Numbered from the stretch's first letter, positions 50,211 to 60,564 are shown. The stretch: 64,000 bases of DNA from Candidatus Sulfomarinibacteraceae bacterium (GCA_963796455.1 CAWCLO010000001.1:800001-864000), one strand, 5' to 3'. Made by a program: numbers and translations. Notes: generated by a model from the sequence alone, not told the origin.

Positions 50211-50437
50211 ACTCCCAGCCCAAGCCCCGGATGCGCTCGTCGCTAGCGGGATACCGAGTCCAGGGCATCAACGTCGAGAGCGATTTCCTGCCTCCACATT
50301 CGTTGTGAAAAACGAACGGTCTCGTCTGGTTTTTGCGGATCTCCGAAATCGGAAATAAACCGACGAAACTTGTATCTGAGTTTGCGCCGGGCTAGCATGA
50401 TCAAAGCAAAATGGCAGCGGACGACACGGAGGGGCAA

Positions 50438-50842
50438 ATGGCGGAGCCAATACGACACGAAGTGGTGCTCCGCTATCGCGATGGTCATCTCACCAGATGC
50501 TGTCTCACTCGCGAGTTCACCCCGCTCGATTTTGCGGTCGAGGCCGAAACGGCGGATGGTGATCCTATTCAGGTCAACATTTCCGATCTCAAAGCTGTCT
50601 TCTTCCTCAAGGAACCCGGACGCCGCGAAGCCGACCTTCAATTCGCCAACAAAACCACCGAATTGCCGCCCGGTGCGCCGGCCCGCGTCGAATTTTTCGA
50701 CGGCGAAATCGTCCACGGCCATGTCCAGGAGTACAAGATGGAAGACAGCGGTTTCTTCCTTTTCCCAACCTCCCCTGAGAGCAACAACGAGATGGTCTTC
50801 GTGGTTGCCCGAGCGATGAACACCCTCAGCCTCGAAGGCTGA
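50438..50842 (+). CDS. Conserved hypothetical protein (DUF6982-like)
   Basis: VVLRYRDG, LKAVFF, VEFFDGE, GFFLFP...NNE.VFV. GGAGG SD. Confidence 0.7.
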   Translation: MAEPIRHEVVLRYRDGHLTRCCLTREFTPLDFAVEAETADGDPIQVNISDLKAVFFLKEPGRREADLQFANKTTELPPGAPARVEFFDGEIVHGHVQEYKMEDSGFFLFPTSPESNNEMVFVVARAMNTLSLEG

Positions 50843-50851
50843 GTCGCCACC

Positions 50852-51487
50852 ATGAATCTGTCCTCGAAAATAGCCGTTGCTGGGATTCTGGTTGTATCGA
50901 CCGTCTTCGGCGTGGCCGCGCAAGAATCCGCGATGGAGTCGCTCACTCTACTCGGCACCGCCCTGCAAAGCTCGAGGGCCTGGCAGGCCGACTACAGCCA
51001 GGAGTACATCGCCGCCGGCATGGATTTTGGTGAAGAGGAGAGTGGCAGGGTGACCGCTGCCTGGCCGGATCGCGCCCTCTTTCGAACCGGCCAACCGGTG
51101 CGCCAATTGATGGGGCTCAACGGTCGCCTGGTGCGCCTGGTCGATCTCGAGGTCCGGAGCTGTGATCAACACCATTTGAGTGACGACGAGTGGGCGCGGA
51201 TTCCTCTTGCGGCAATACTCGACCCCGGTGTCGCGATCGAGCACTTTTCGGTCTTGGAACACGGCGAGCATGGTTTTGCGCTCGTTCCCCGCGAACAGGG
51301 TGGTGTCCAGAGAGTCGAAGTGACCCTCGGATCCAATGACCTGCCGATCGAGGTGGTGGTCATCGATCCACAGGGCGCGATCAACCGCCTTCGGTTTGCC
51401 ACATGGCAGCCGGCAGATCCTCCGACCGACGACCAGTGGCTTCCCGAAGCACCCAAGGACGTCGAGTGCGTGACCGATAACGAGTAG
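50852..51487 (+). CDS. LolA-like periplasmic protein
   Basis: Signal peptide; ADYSQEY...EESGRV...PDRALF; V.DPQGAINRLRF pattern. Confidence 0.65.
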   Translation: MNLSSKIAVAGILVVSTVFGVAAQESAMESLTLLGTALQSSRAWQADYSQEYIAAGMDFGEEESGRVTAAWPDRALFRTGQPVRQLMGLNGRLVRLVDLEVRSCDQHHLSDDEWARIPLAAILDPGVAIEHFSVLEHGEHGFALVPREQGGVQRVEVTLGSNDLPIEVVVIDPQGAINRLRFATWQPADPPTDDQWLPEAPKDVECVTDNE

Positions 51488-51766
51488 GTAAGAAAGAGAT
51501 TTGGAATTTCGGATTTCGAATTTCGAATTTTCTGGCCGCCAACTCGACACCACACTTCAAAAACAGCGCCGAGAGACGCAGATCGATGACAGGACATGAT
51601 CAGGGTTGCGGTATGCCTATTTACGCCTGCCTCGACCACGATCAGAACAGAAGAAGCTGACGGACGGCGCGACTATCGACAGGAATCCCGATAGCTATTG
51701 CGATGCTCTTGTCTGCGTTTATCTGCGTGATCTGCGGTTTCTCAGGCCGCGACTTGCCGGGATGAC

Positions 51767-53305
51767 TCAGTGCCTGAAATGCCTGCGGCGGGTCAGGACC
51801 ATGGCGACGCCGAGTCGGTTGCACGCCTCGATGACCTCACCATCACGAATCGAACCACCCGGTTGAATCACAGCGGTCACACCGGCTTCGTTGAGCGCCT
51901 CGACACCATCGGGAAAGGGGAAAAAGGCGTCCGAAGCAGCCACGCTCCCTGCAAGGTCGTGGCCCATTTCTGCCGCCTTCGCAACCGCGATCTTGGCCGC
52001 ATCGACACGGCTCATCTGACCTGCGCCGATCCCGAGAATCCGGTCCTTGGCACCGACAACGATGGCGTTCGAGCCCACGTGTTTGACCACCCGCCAGGCC
52101 AACTCGAGTGCGGCGATCTCATCGCCCGATGGCTTGCGATCGGTGAGATGCTCGCGTTTTTCGCCTTCCCAGAGCGAATCAGCAGCTTGCACGAGATAAC
52201 CCCCGTCGATGTCGCGTGCCACCAGGGAGCCCATCGACGGTGCTTCGGCTTCGAGAACCCGCAGATTCTTCTTTTTCGAGAAAATCCGCTTCGCAGCCTC
52301 GTCAAAACCGGGAGCGATCACCACTTCTGCAAACTGTTCCACCACGGCCTCGGCAAAGGGGCCGTTGACCTCACGATTGGCGGCAATGACGCCGCCAAAG
52401 GCGGAGACCGGATCGGTGGCCCTGGCCTTCCCGAAGGCCTCGGCCATGTCGTCGGAGAGACCGACGCCGCACGGATTCGCGTGCTTGATCACGACCACCC
52501 CGCCGGCCGGCAGATCCCAGACCAGCCGCCAGGCACCGGTCGCGTCGCCCAGGTTGTTGTACGAGAGCGCCTTTCCCTGGATCTGTCGAGCACCCGCCAG
52601 GCCCTCGGCGGGTTGACGCCGCGCCAAGACGCCCCACTGGTGTGGATTTTCGCCGTAGCGCAGCTCCACTTCTTCGCACTGCAGCAGGTCACCCGCGACG
52701 ACCGCGGCTGCTGCCGGCCGCTCTTCGCCCATCAGACGCGGAAGCTGGGCCGCAATCGAGGCGTCGTAGGCTGCGGTATGGCGGAAAGCCTTGACCGCGA
52801 GCTCGCGTCGCCGGTCCTCGTCGAGCAATCCCTTTGCCAGTCCGGCGAGGATTTCGGGATAGTCCGCCGGCTCGACCACCACCACGACCCGCGCGTGGTT
52901 CTTTGCGGCTGCACGGATCAGGCTTGGTCCGCCGATATCGATCTGTTCCACCGCCTCGTCGAGTTCCACGCCGACCCGCTCCGCGGTCTCGCGGAAGGGA
53001 TAGAGATTGACCACGACAAGGTCCACCGACGGTATCTCGAGATCTGCGAGTTGTGCCGAATGTTCGGCGGTCGGCGCGGCCAGAATACCGGCAAAAATTT
53101 TCGGGTGGAGGGTCTTGACCCGGCCGCCGAGAATTTCCGGAAACCCGGTGTACTCGGCTGCCTCCAGCACCTCGCAACCGGCATCCTTCAATGCGCGGGC
53201 GGTGCCACCGGTGGAGATGAGTTTCCACCCGAGATCCTGCAGGCCCCGACCGAACTCGTCGAGCCCCGTTTTATCCGAAACCGAGATCAGCGCGACTCCC
53301 GCCAT
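51767..53305 (-). CDS. purH: Bifunctional AICAR transformylase/IMP cyclohydrolase
   Basis: [51 protein letters not shown]. Confidence 0.97.
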   Translation of the reverse strand: MAGVALISVSDKTGLDEFGRGLQDLGWKLISTGGTARALKDAGCEVLEAAEYTGFPEILGGRVKTLHPKIFAGILAAPTAEHSAQLADLEIPSVDLVVVNLYPFRETAERVGVELDEAVEQIDIGGPSLIRAAAKNHARVVVVVEPADYPEILAGLAKGLLDEDRRRELAVKAFRHTAAYDASIAAQLPRLMGEERPAAAAVVAGDLLQCEEVELRYGENPHQWGVLARRQPAEGLAGARQIQGKALSYNNLGDATGAWRLVWDLPAGGVVVIKHANPCGVGLSDDMAEAFGKARATDPVSAFGGVIAANREVNGPFAEAVVEQFAEVVIAPGFDEAAKRIFSKKKNLRVLEAEAPSMGSLVARDIDGGYLVQAADSLWEGEKREHLTDRKPSGDEIAALELAWRVVKHVGSNAIVVGAKDRILGIGAGQMSRVDAAKIAVAKAAEMGHDLAGSVAASDAFFPFPDGVEALNEAGVTAVIQPGGSIRDGEVIEACNRLGVAMVLTRRRHFRH

Positions 53306-53540
53306 ATCCACCCTCCTTCGGAGAGTGGGATTGTACTCCGTCCCCCTGGTTCGTGTCGGAGTCGTGATCATCGCAATCGAAATCACTCTCGACGGTGAGA
53401 TCGTTCCACCGCATGGCAGAGGGGCAGAGGGGCGGAGGAGAAAGGGCGAAAGGGAGAAAGGGAGGCCGTCCAGGATCATCCAAAAAAAATGAGAAACCGC
53501 AGATCACGCAGATGAACGCAGATCACCCTCACTTTCAGGA

Positions 53541-53640
53541 TCGATGGCAGCAACTGACAAAAGGTGAAAAATATATGTCAAAGTCATTATTTTTAATTAT
53601 TTAAATTTGACAGTGATAACTCTCGATCGGCAACTGTCAA
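53541..53640. promoter_or_regulatory. AT-rich divergent-promoter-like segment with TGTCAA/TTGACA repeats
   Basis: TGTCAAA (53576)...TTTGACA (53606) and TTGACAGT (53607)...ACTGTCAA (53633) around an AT-rich core. Confidence 0.45.
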
Positions 53641-53684
53641 CTTCCAAGGCGCTTCGGAACCAATAGCCGGCGGAAGCCCGTATT

Positions 53685-54150
53685 GCAGCGGCAGCGACAG
53701 TGTCCAGGAGACAGCGTCAGCGTCAGCGATCAGGTGCCGCGACGGCGTGGCCACCTCCGGGTCGTTCAAAGGCACGAGTAGCCGGTGGACGACCGATGTC
53801 GATTCGTTTCGTCTCATAGATCCTTCGACTGCGCCCCTTCCGGCTTCGCCTTTCAGGCTACGCCGTGACAAGGCGGGGCTCCGCTCAGGATGACATCGGG
53901 AGGCGACATTCGCCCGCGAATGAAATCAGGACCGCGTGATTGTCCCTCTCCCGCCCTCTTCCTTTCTCCCCTTCCCACCTTCAGGAAGGGTATCAATGGC
54001 AGCCGTTCGATAGCGATAGCGAGGGAGCCGCGCGGGTCCTCTGCCCCTCTGCCCCTCCGCCATGTCGGGGATGGATCTCTCTGCCCCCCTTCTCCCTTTC
54101 TCCCCTTCTCCCTTTCTCCCTTTCGCCCTTTCGCCCTTTCTCCTCTCCCC
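53685..54150. repeat. Composite modular repeat (inverted copy of 44362-44793) followed by a (TCCCTTTC)n arm
   Basis: Direct alignment to the 44.4-kb copy. The pyrimidine arm (54035-54150) complements the purine arm at 53415-53465. Confidence 0.88.
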
Positions 54151-54165
54151 TGCTACGATACCGCC

Positions 54166-55758
54166 ATGAAAATTTCCAAATGGACCGCGGTCATCGGGTT
54201 GTTGTTCAGCGCTGCCTGCGCGCCAGACGGAGCGGACCCGACCGCGCGCCCGGACACCCTGGTGATCGGTATCCAGGCCGATGTGCAAAGCTGGAATCCA
54301 TACCTTGCGGAAGACGCGAATAACGAGGAGATTCTGAGTCTGATCTATCCGTCGCTGGTCATCGAACAGGTTGACTATCAACAGCATCCCCCGACCTTTT
54401 CGCCATCCCTCGCCGAAAGCTGGGAGTGGTCGGACGACGGACTGAGCCTGACCTTCCACATCCGCGAGGACGCCGAATGGAGCGATGGCGTGCCCGTGAC
54501 GACCGCCGATCTCCTCTTCAGCTGGCAGGTCCAGACATCGGAGGAACTTGGGTGGATCTGGGGGGGCATCGCGGACTCGATCACGGCGGTCGAGGCACTC
54601 GATTCCCATACGATTCGTTATGATTTCAGCCGCCGATATCCTTACCAGCTCATGGATCTCAACGATGGTCCAATCGTTCCGGCCCACGCCTGGAAAGACA
54701 TCCCTCTCTCCGATTGGCCCAACACCGATTGGCGCGAGCTCTCCATTTCAGCGGGTCCCTATATGCTGGCCGACGTGACCCCTCAACAGCAGTTTGTCCT
54801 CGAAAAAAACCCCAGCTACTTCGTACCGGATCAACCACGCATCGACCGCCTGGTATTCAGAATCGTGCCTTCCAAGACCAGTCTCTACACCCAGCTTCTT
54901 TCGGGTGACATCGATCTCGTCAACAGCATCCCGCCCACCGAGGCCGCACGGGTCGCCGCCAATCCCGATCTGAAACTCACGATCTTTGCCGACCGTTCCT
55001 ACACCCACGTGATCTGGAATCTCCAACGCCCGGTATTTGCCGATCCACGGGTCAGACGGGCCCTGGCCATGGCCATCGACCGTGAGACCCTGATCGACGT
55101 CGTCTACGACGGATACGCGACACCCTCGGTAGGCCCGGTGCTGTCCAAAATGTGGGCCTTTCATCACGATCTCGAAAAGATCCCTTACGATCCGGACGGC
55201 GCTCTGAAGTTACTGGCTGAAGCCGGTTGGACAGAATCAACCGACGGCGCTCGTTTGGAAAGCAACGGCGAGCCCCTCACCTTCGAGATCCTGGCGCCCT
55301 CGGAAAGCGAGGTCCGTCAGGACGTGGCGCTGATGATCGAACGCGACCTCGGCCGAATCGGGATCAAAGTGACCCCGAGATTCGTCGAGTGGGGCGCGGT
55401 GCAGGCAGCGCTGGACGGCGGCCAATTCGATGCATTCATCAATCGCTGGCTCGAACCGACCCAGGTCGATCTCGAGGAGATCTGGCACAGCGTGCCGCCC
55501 GATGTTCCGACTTTCAACTATGGCCACTACGCCAACCCGGAAGTTGATCGACTGCTCGAAGAGGCCGCCGCGGCGCCCGACTTCGAGACTCAGAAGCCGC
55601 TCCTCGACCGCATTCAGGAGCTGATCGTGGCCGACCAGCCCTACGCCTTCCTGGTCGAGAACACCCGACTCACCGCACTCAACTCCCGAGTCAAGAACGC
55701 CGACATCAATGATGCGACCCTCTTTTTCAATATCGGAGAGTGGGAGATCACTCCCTGA
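54166..55758 (+). CDS. Peptide ABC transporter substrate-binding lipoprotein
   Basis: Lipobox SAAC, LAESWEWS.DG, WSDG.PVT..D, RVRRAL..AIDRE. Confidence 0.92.
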   Translation: MKISKWTAVIGLLFSAACAPDGADPTARPDTLVIGIQADVQSWNPYLAEDANNEEILSLIYPSLVIEQVDYQQHPPTFSPSLAESWEWSDDGLSLTFHIREDAEWSDGVPVTTADLLFSWQVQTSEELGWIWGGIADSITAVEALDSHTIRYDFSRRYPYQLMDLNDGPIVPAHAWKDIPLSDWPNTDWRELSISAGPYMLADVTPQQQFVLEKNPSYFVPDQPRIDRLVFRIVPSKTSLYTQLLSGDIDLVNSIPPTEAARVAANPDLKLTIFADRSYTHVIWNLQRPVFADPRVRRALAMAIDRETLIDVVYDGYATPSVGPVLSKMWAFHHDLEKIPYDPDGALKLLAEAGWTESTDGARLESNGEPLTFEILAPSESEVRQDVALMIERDLGRIGIKVTPRFVEWGAVQAALDGGQFDAFINRWLEPTQVDLEEIWHSVPPDVPTFNYGHYANPEVDRLLEEAAAAPDFETQKPLLDRIQELIVADQPYAFLVENTRLTALNSRVKNADINDATLFFNIGEWEITP

Positions 55759-55785
55759 TCAGGTTGTTGGCGGAGACATCCCCTG

Positions 55786-55886
55786 GAGGTTTGAGTTCTA
55801 AGGTTTGAGTTTTGAGTTGATCTCCCTGAACCCCAAGGATGATTTCGGGGCAGTAACTCATAACTCCAAACTCAAAACTCAACACT
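55786..55886. repeat. Inverted 7-mer palindrome (TTTGAGT)n...(ACTCAAA)n
   Basis: Same unit family as 60562-60662. Confidence 0.85.
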
Positions 55887-55950
55887 GTCCGCTTCTTCTC
55901 CCGCCACCCTATAATCTTCCTGTGACCTCAATCCTGCTCCGGACTTCACA

Positions 55951-56919
55951 GTGAGGCGCCTGGTTTTCCGCCGGCTCCTCACCCTCGTGCCGCTCGTCTG
56001 GCTCGTGCTCACGGCGACCTTCATCGTCGTCCATGCAGCACCCGGCTCCTATACGGACGCCATCGACAACCCCCGCCTCACGCCTGAAGATCGACAGGCC
56101 ATCCGCGTTCAATACGGCCTCGACAAACCGCTCCTGTCGCAATACACGAGCTGGATCGGCGCGGCCCTGACCGGCGACCTCGGCACCTCATTCATGTACA
56201 AGGAGCCCGTTTCCCGGGTCATCGCCAGGGCCTTGCCGCCGACGCTTTTGCTGACCGGCACCTCGCTGGTGATGATGCTGGTTCTCGGTCTGACCATTGC
56301 ACTGGCGGCGGTCCGGCGGCCCCATGGCTGGGCCGATCACCTCACTTCCGTTCTCAGCCTCGGCATCTATGGGATGCCTTCGTTCTGGCTGGCCGGATTG
56401 CTCATCCTCGTCTTCAGTCTATGGCTCGGATGGTTCCCTGCATCGCACATGCGATCAGTCGGTGCCGCCGATATGGATGGATTCTCCCGCGCCCTCGATC
56501 TCATCCGCCACCTGGTGTTGCCCGCGACCTGCCTCGGTCTGGTTGGCGCAGCCGGGACCGCACGCTACCTTCGCGCGTCGCTGCTCGACGTGCGCTCGGC
56601 CCGCTTCATGATGGCGGCCCGGGCGCGGGGTATTCCAAAACGTCGCCTCCTTCTGATCCATGCCCTCCGTCCGGCGCTCTTGCCGGTGGTCACCCTCTTT
56701 GGTCTGGCCCTGCCCGTTCTGGTATCGGGCTCGGTTGTCATCGAGACCATATTTTCGTGGCCTGGGATGGGTCAGGTCCTCTTCAATGCCGCCCGCGCAC
56801 GGGACATTCCGTTGATTCTCGGCGCGACCCTCCTCGGGACGGGGGCGGTAATTCTGGGAAATCTGGTGGCCGATCTTCTGTACGCCGTCGTCGATCCGCG
56901 GGCGCGAGGAGCATCCTGA
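55951..56919 (+). CDS. Peptide ABC permease (DppB/OppB-like)
   Basis: YGLDKP, GDLGTS, MPSFW, ARARG, IETIFSWPGMG. Confidence 0.93.
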   Translation: MRRLVFRRLLTLVPLVWLVLTATFIVVHAAPGSYTDAIDNPRLTPEDRQAIRVQYGLDKPLLSQYTSWIGAALTGDLGTSFMYKEPVSRVIARALPPTLLLTGTSLVMMLVLGLTIALAAVRRPHGWADHLTSVLSLGIYGMPSFWLAGLLILVFSLWLGWFPASHMRSVGAADMDGFSRALDLIRHLVLPATCLGLVGAAGTARYLRASLLDVRSARFMMAARARGIPKRRLLLIHALRPALLPVVTLFGLALPVLVSGSVVIETIFSWPGMGQVLFNAARARDIPLILGATLLGTGAVILGNLVADLLYAVVDPRARGAS

Positions 56920-57860
56920 TGGTCTCCCGCCGTCTTGTGCTTGGCGCCGCCGGGGCCGCGATCATCGTTCTGATGTGCACCATTGGCCCTGCTCTCTTGC
57001 CCTCCACCGGCGACGGCGACCCGATCCACGCGGCCCTGCTCCCACCCGGCACGAGGGTGACGGTCCTCGACCTCGTCGACGGCCGCACACTGATGACACC
57101 TGAGCTCACCAAACTCCAGGATGGACTGAGGCTCGTTGGAGCACATCGTTCCACTGATCTGAACGACGAAGAGATCGTCGCTGTTCGCAACACGACCTTG
57201 TGGTTGGGAAGTGATCGCTTTGGTCGAGATCTTCTCCCGCGACTGCTCCGCGGAGGGCGTATCTCCATCGTCATCGCCGCCTTCGGGGTTTTGATTTCCC
57301 TTGTCGTCGGTCTCGTCGTCGGTTTCAGCGCTGCAACCGGCGGGCGGACGACGGACAGCATCCTGATGCGTCTGGTCGATGCCCTCCTCGCCTTTCCGAT
57401 GCTCTTGCTCCTGATCCTCCTTTCAGCACTTTTCCGGCCGGGGCCTGTTTTTTTGATCGCCGTCCTCGGTCTGACGTCGTGGATGGGTCTTGCGCGTCTG
57501 GTCCGGGGACAGGTGTTGACATTGCGCACACGAACGTTCATCCAGGCCGCTCGTGTCGCGGGCACCCGCGAGCACCGGATCTGGTTCATCCACTACCTGC
57601 CCAATATCAAGGCGCCTCTGGCCCAGGACACCGCGCTCCAGATGGGCAACCTGGTTCTCGCCGAAGCGACCCTTTCCTTCCTCGGTCTCGGGATCCCGGC
57701 CAACCTGCCGAGTTGGGGAGCAATGGTGGCAGATGGCCAAAGGGTGATGCTCGACGGCTGGTGGTTGTCCCTCTTTCCCGGTCTCGCCATCACGACCCTC
57801 GTCATCTGCCTCGCTCTGATCGGCGACGGTATTCAGGAGACCGGCCCGGCCAGCGCCTAG
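56919..57860 (+). CDS. Peptide ABC permease (DppC/OppC-like)
   Basis: LGSDRFGRD, ARLVRG, EATLSFLGLG, SWGAM. Confidence 0.93.
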   Translation: MVSRRLVLGAAGAAIIVLMCTIGPALLPSTGDGDPIHAALLPPGTRVTVLDLVDGRTLMTPELTKLQDGLRLVGAHRSTDLNDEEIVAVRNTTLWLGSDRFGRDLLPRLLRGGRISIVIAAFGVLISLVVGLVVGFSAATGGRTTDSILMRLVDALLAFPMLLLLILLSALFRPGPVFLIAVLGLTSWMGLARLVRGQVLTLRTRTFIQAARVAGTREHRIWFIHYLPNIKAPLAQDTALQMGNLVLAEATLSFLGLGIPANLPSWGAMVADGQRVMLDGWWLSLFPGLAITTLVICLALIGDGIQETGPASA

Positions 57861-57898
57861 CCTTCATTCCGGCGGGCCCGCTCTGCTAACCTGCGACC

Positions 57899-59191
57899 AT
57901 GAACAGCAAACGCTCCGTTTCATTGATGGCCTTCGTGCTGATCATCACCGCCGTATGCGCTGTCGCCGAGGAGAATCTCATGCAGGATATCGAAAGCGCG
58001 GCGACCGAGCTCGAAGAAAAATTGATCGAGGCCCGGCGCTGGTTTCACCAACACCCGGAGCTTTCCAATCGGGAGACCGGAACCGCAGCGGAGATTGCCC
58101 GACGACTCCAGGAAATGGGTTACGAGGTTCAGACCGGAGTCGCTCACAACGGCGTTGTGGCGGTCCTCGAGGGTGCCCTTCCGGGGCCCGTGGTGGCATG
58201 GCGGTCGGACATCGATGCGCTGCCTATCGAAGAACAGGTCGATGTCGCCTACCGCTCCACCAATCCCGGGGTCATGCATGCCTGTGGTCATGACATCCAC
58301 ACCACCGTGGGACTCGGTGCGGCCGAGGTTCTGATGCGACTGAAAGACCGCCTCCACGGCACCGTCAAGTTCATTTTTCAACCCGCAGAGGAAGGTCCTC
58401 CGGCCGGCGAGGACGGCGGCGCACCCATGATGATCGCAGAAGGCGTGCTCGAAGAACCAACGGCGTCGGCGATTTTCGGCCTCCACGTCATGCCTTTCGC
58501 AGAGGCGGGTGAAGTCGGGCTTCGGCCAGGTGGCATCATGGCCGCAGCCGACACCTTCAGGCTCACGATCAGCGGCAGAATGACCCATGGATCAGCGCCC
58601 CACGATGGAATCGACGCCATCTTCGTGGCCTCACAGATCGTCACCGCCCTGCAGGCCATCCCGTCGCGTGAAGTCGACGCACGAAAGTCTCTGGTGATCT
58701 CGGTGGGAACCTTCAACGCCGGCGATCGCTGGAACATCATCGCCGACGAGGCTCTCCTCACCGGGACGGTTCGATCGCTCGACATGGAGACATGGTCCGA
58801 TTTGCCGGAACGTTTCGAGCGGATTGTCGCCGGGATCTGTGAAGCCAACCGTGCGAGCTATGAACTCGACTACCAACGCATCGCTCCGGTCGTCGACAAC
58901 GACCCCCGGCTCGCTGCTTTCGCCACCCGATCTTTCGCCCGCAGCCTTGGCGCCGACAAGGTGCTCGAGGTCGAAGCGATCACGGCATCGGAAGACTTCG
59001 CATTTTTCCAACGTGAAGTCCCCGGGGTCTACTTCTTCCTGGGCGTGGCCAATACCGCGGAGGGCTGGACCGACTATGTCCACACACCGACATTCCGCCC
59101 CGATGAGCGCTCCATCGTCACCGGAGTGACGGCGGTGGCGACGCTGCTGGCGGACTTCACGGCAGACAACCCTCTCGAGACGACGGATTGA
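57899..59191 (+). CDS. M20 family amidohydrolase with a signal peptide
   Basis: HQHPELS, DIDALP, MHACGHD, FQPAEEG, SEDF. Confidence 0.93.
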   Translation: MNSKRSVSLMAFVLIITAVCAVAEENLMQDIESAATELEEKLIEARRWFHQHPELSNRETGTAAEIARRLQEMGYEVQTGVAHNGVVAVLEGALPGPVVAWRSDIDALPIEEQVDVAYRSTNPGVMHACGHDIHTTVGLGAAEVLMRLKDRLHGTVKFIFQPAEEGPPAGEDGGAPMMIAEGVLEEPTASAIFGLHVMPFAEAGEVGLRPGGIMAAADTFRLTISGRMTHGSAPHDGIDAIFVASQIVTALQAIPSREVDARKSLVISVGTFNAGDRWNIIADEALLTGTVRSLDMETWSDLPERFERIVAGICEANRASYELDYQRIAPVVDNDPRLAAFATRSFARSLGADKVLEVEAITASEDFAFFQREVPGVYFFLGVANTAEGWTDYVHTPTFRPDERSIVTGVTAVATLLADFTADNPLETTD

Positions 59192-60564
59192 AGAACCGTA
59201 CGGCGATCGTCGGCGGCGGCATTACCGGTCTCGCCGCGGCGGCCTGGCTCCGGCACGACCACGGAATCAAGGATTGCATCGTGCTCGAGTCAAGCGCCAG
59301 GGCCGGGGGGAAGATCCGGTCGGAGGTCGAAGACGGCTATACCGTCGAGTGGGGGCCCCAGGGGTTTCTCGACAACGCGCCGGACACTCTCGAACTCGCT
59401 CGCCTTCTCGGCTTGGAGGACTCCCTCGTGCAGGCCCGAGAGAGCTCGGCCGACCGCTTTATCCTTCGCAACGGCCGTCTGCGGCGCGTCGTGCCGTCTC
59501 CGATCGGATTCATGCTGTCGTCGATCCTGCCGCTTTCGGGCCGCCTGAGGCTCCTCGGCGAACCCTTTGCCCGGAAGCGCCCGAACCACGACGAAACCAT
59601 CTTCGATTTTGCGTCCCGACGGATCGGCCGGCAGGCGGCTGAGGTTCTCGTGGACGCCATGGTCACCGGTGTATTCGCCGGAGACTCAAGGAAGCTGTCC
59701 CTCGCCGCCACCTTTCCCAGGATGGCCGCGATGGAGACCGAACACGGTTCGCTGACCGGGGCCCTGATATCAAAGATGCGGCAGGCCAAACGCTCCGGGA
59801 AAACCTCGGGAGGGCCATCCGGTCCCGGCGGCACCTTGACCTCGTTCGATGGGGGCATGGAACGCCTCCCCCTCCGCCTGGCCGAGAGCCTCGGTCATCG
59901 CCTCCATCTCGAGCAACCGGTCCACGCCCTCGTTCCGTCGGGCGCGGGATATTGCCTGACCACCGGAGATGACGAGATCGAGGCCGACACCGTGCTCCTG
60001 GCCCTACCTGCGGAGCACAGCGCCGCTTTGATCACCGAGGCGGCCCCGGCCGCCGTTGCACCGCTGTTGGAGATTCCGACCGCCCCGATCGCGGTGGTGA
60101 TGCTCGCCTATACCGATGCCGATGCATTTGGCCGAAAGATCGGCGGTTTCGGTTTTCTGGTGCCGCGGGGCGAAGAGCAGATTCTGGGGACTCTCTATTG
60201 CCACGATATTTTTCCCGGCCAGGCGCCGGACGGCTCTTTGTTCCTGCGGGTCATGATCGGGGGATCGCGCTCCCCCGATCAAGCGGCCCTTGATGACGAC
60301 GCGACCGTGGTCCTGGTCCGGTCGGCCCTCGGTCGCGTCTTCGGCAAGGACCCACAACCGGATCGGGTGTGGATCGCGCGCTGGGAACGGGGCATTTCGC
60401 AGTACACCGTCGGCCACCTCGAACGAGTCGAAGCGGCCGAAAACGCCGTCCGCGCGGTCGGACTCGACCTGGCAGGGTCGCCCTATCGGGGCGTGTCGGT
60501 GAATGATTGCATCAAGCAGGCGAGAGCCGCGGCGGCGCGAATCGCCGAACGGCTCCGCCGCTGA
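59188..60564 (+). CDS. hemY: Protoporphyrinogen/coproporphyrinogen oxidase (HemY-type)
   Basis: GGGITGL, GGKIRS, EWGP, GVFAGD, GFGFLVP, QYTVGH, GVSVNDC. Confidence 0.9.
   Translation: MKNRTAIVGGGITGLAAAAWLRHDHGIKDCIVLESSARAGGKIRSEVEDGYTVEWGPQGFLDNAPDTLELARLLGLEDSLVQARESSADRFILRNGRLRRVVPSPIGFMLSSILPLSGRLRLLGEPFARKRPNHDETIFDFASRRIGRQAAEVLVDAMVTGVFAGDSRKLSLAATFPRMAAMETEHGSLTGALISKMRQAKRSGKTSGGPSGPGGTLTSFDGGMERLPLRLAESLGHRLHLEQPVHALVPSGAGYCLTTGDDEIEADTVLLALPAEHSAALITEAAPAAVAPLLEIPTAPIAVVMLAYTDADAFGRKIGGFGFLVPRGEEQILGTLYCHDIFPGQAPDGSLFLRVMIGGSRSPDQAALDDDATVVLVRSALGRVFGKDPQPDRVWIARWERGISQYTVGHLERVEAAENAVRAVGLDLAGSPYRGVSVNDCIKQARAAAARIAERLRR

Noticed and set aside
50211..50410. ncRNA between the polyprenyl synthase and DUF6982-like genes
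   Set aside because: No recognisable RNA family motifs; cannot be supported by eye.
51770..53398. Long antisense ORFs (this one, and e.g. 2223-3512, 4866-6185, 37718-39127, 63072-63956)
   Set aside because: Shadows of real genes on the opposite strand in high-GC DNA; no recognisable motifs.
53306..53480. ZTP (pfl) riboswitch upstream of purH
   Set aside because: The conserved GACUGGCG/GCCUGGG elements were not found, and a -10 box lies very close to the start.
53555..53585. dif site
   Set aside because: Only a weak XerD-like half (ATATGTCAAAG); no XerC arm at the correct spacing.
44362..54077. Composite transposon
   Set aside because: No transposase, and the enclosed genes are core housekeeping genes.
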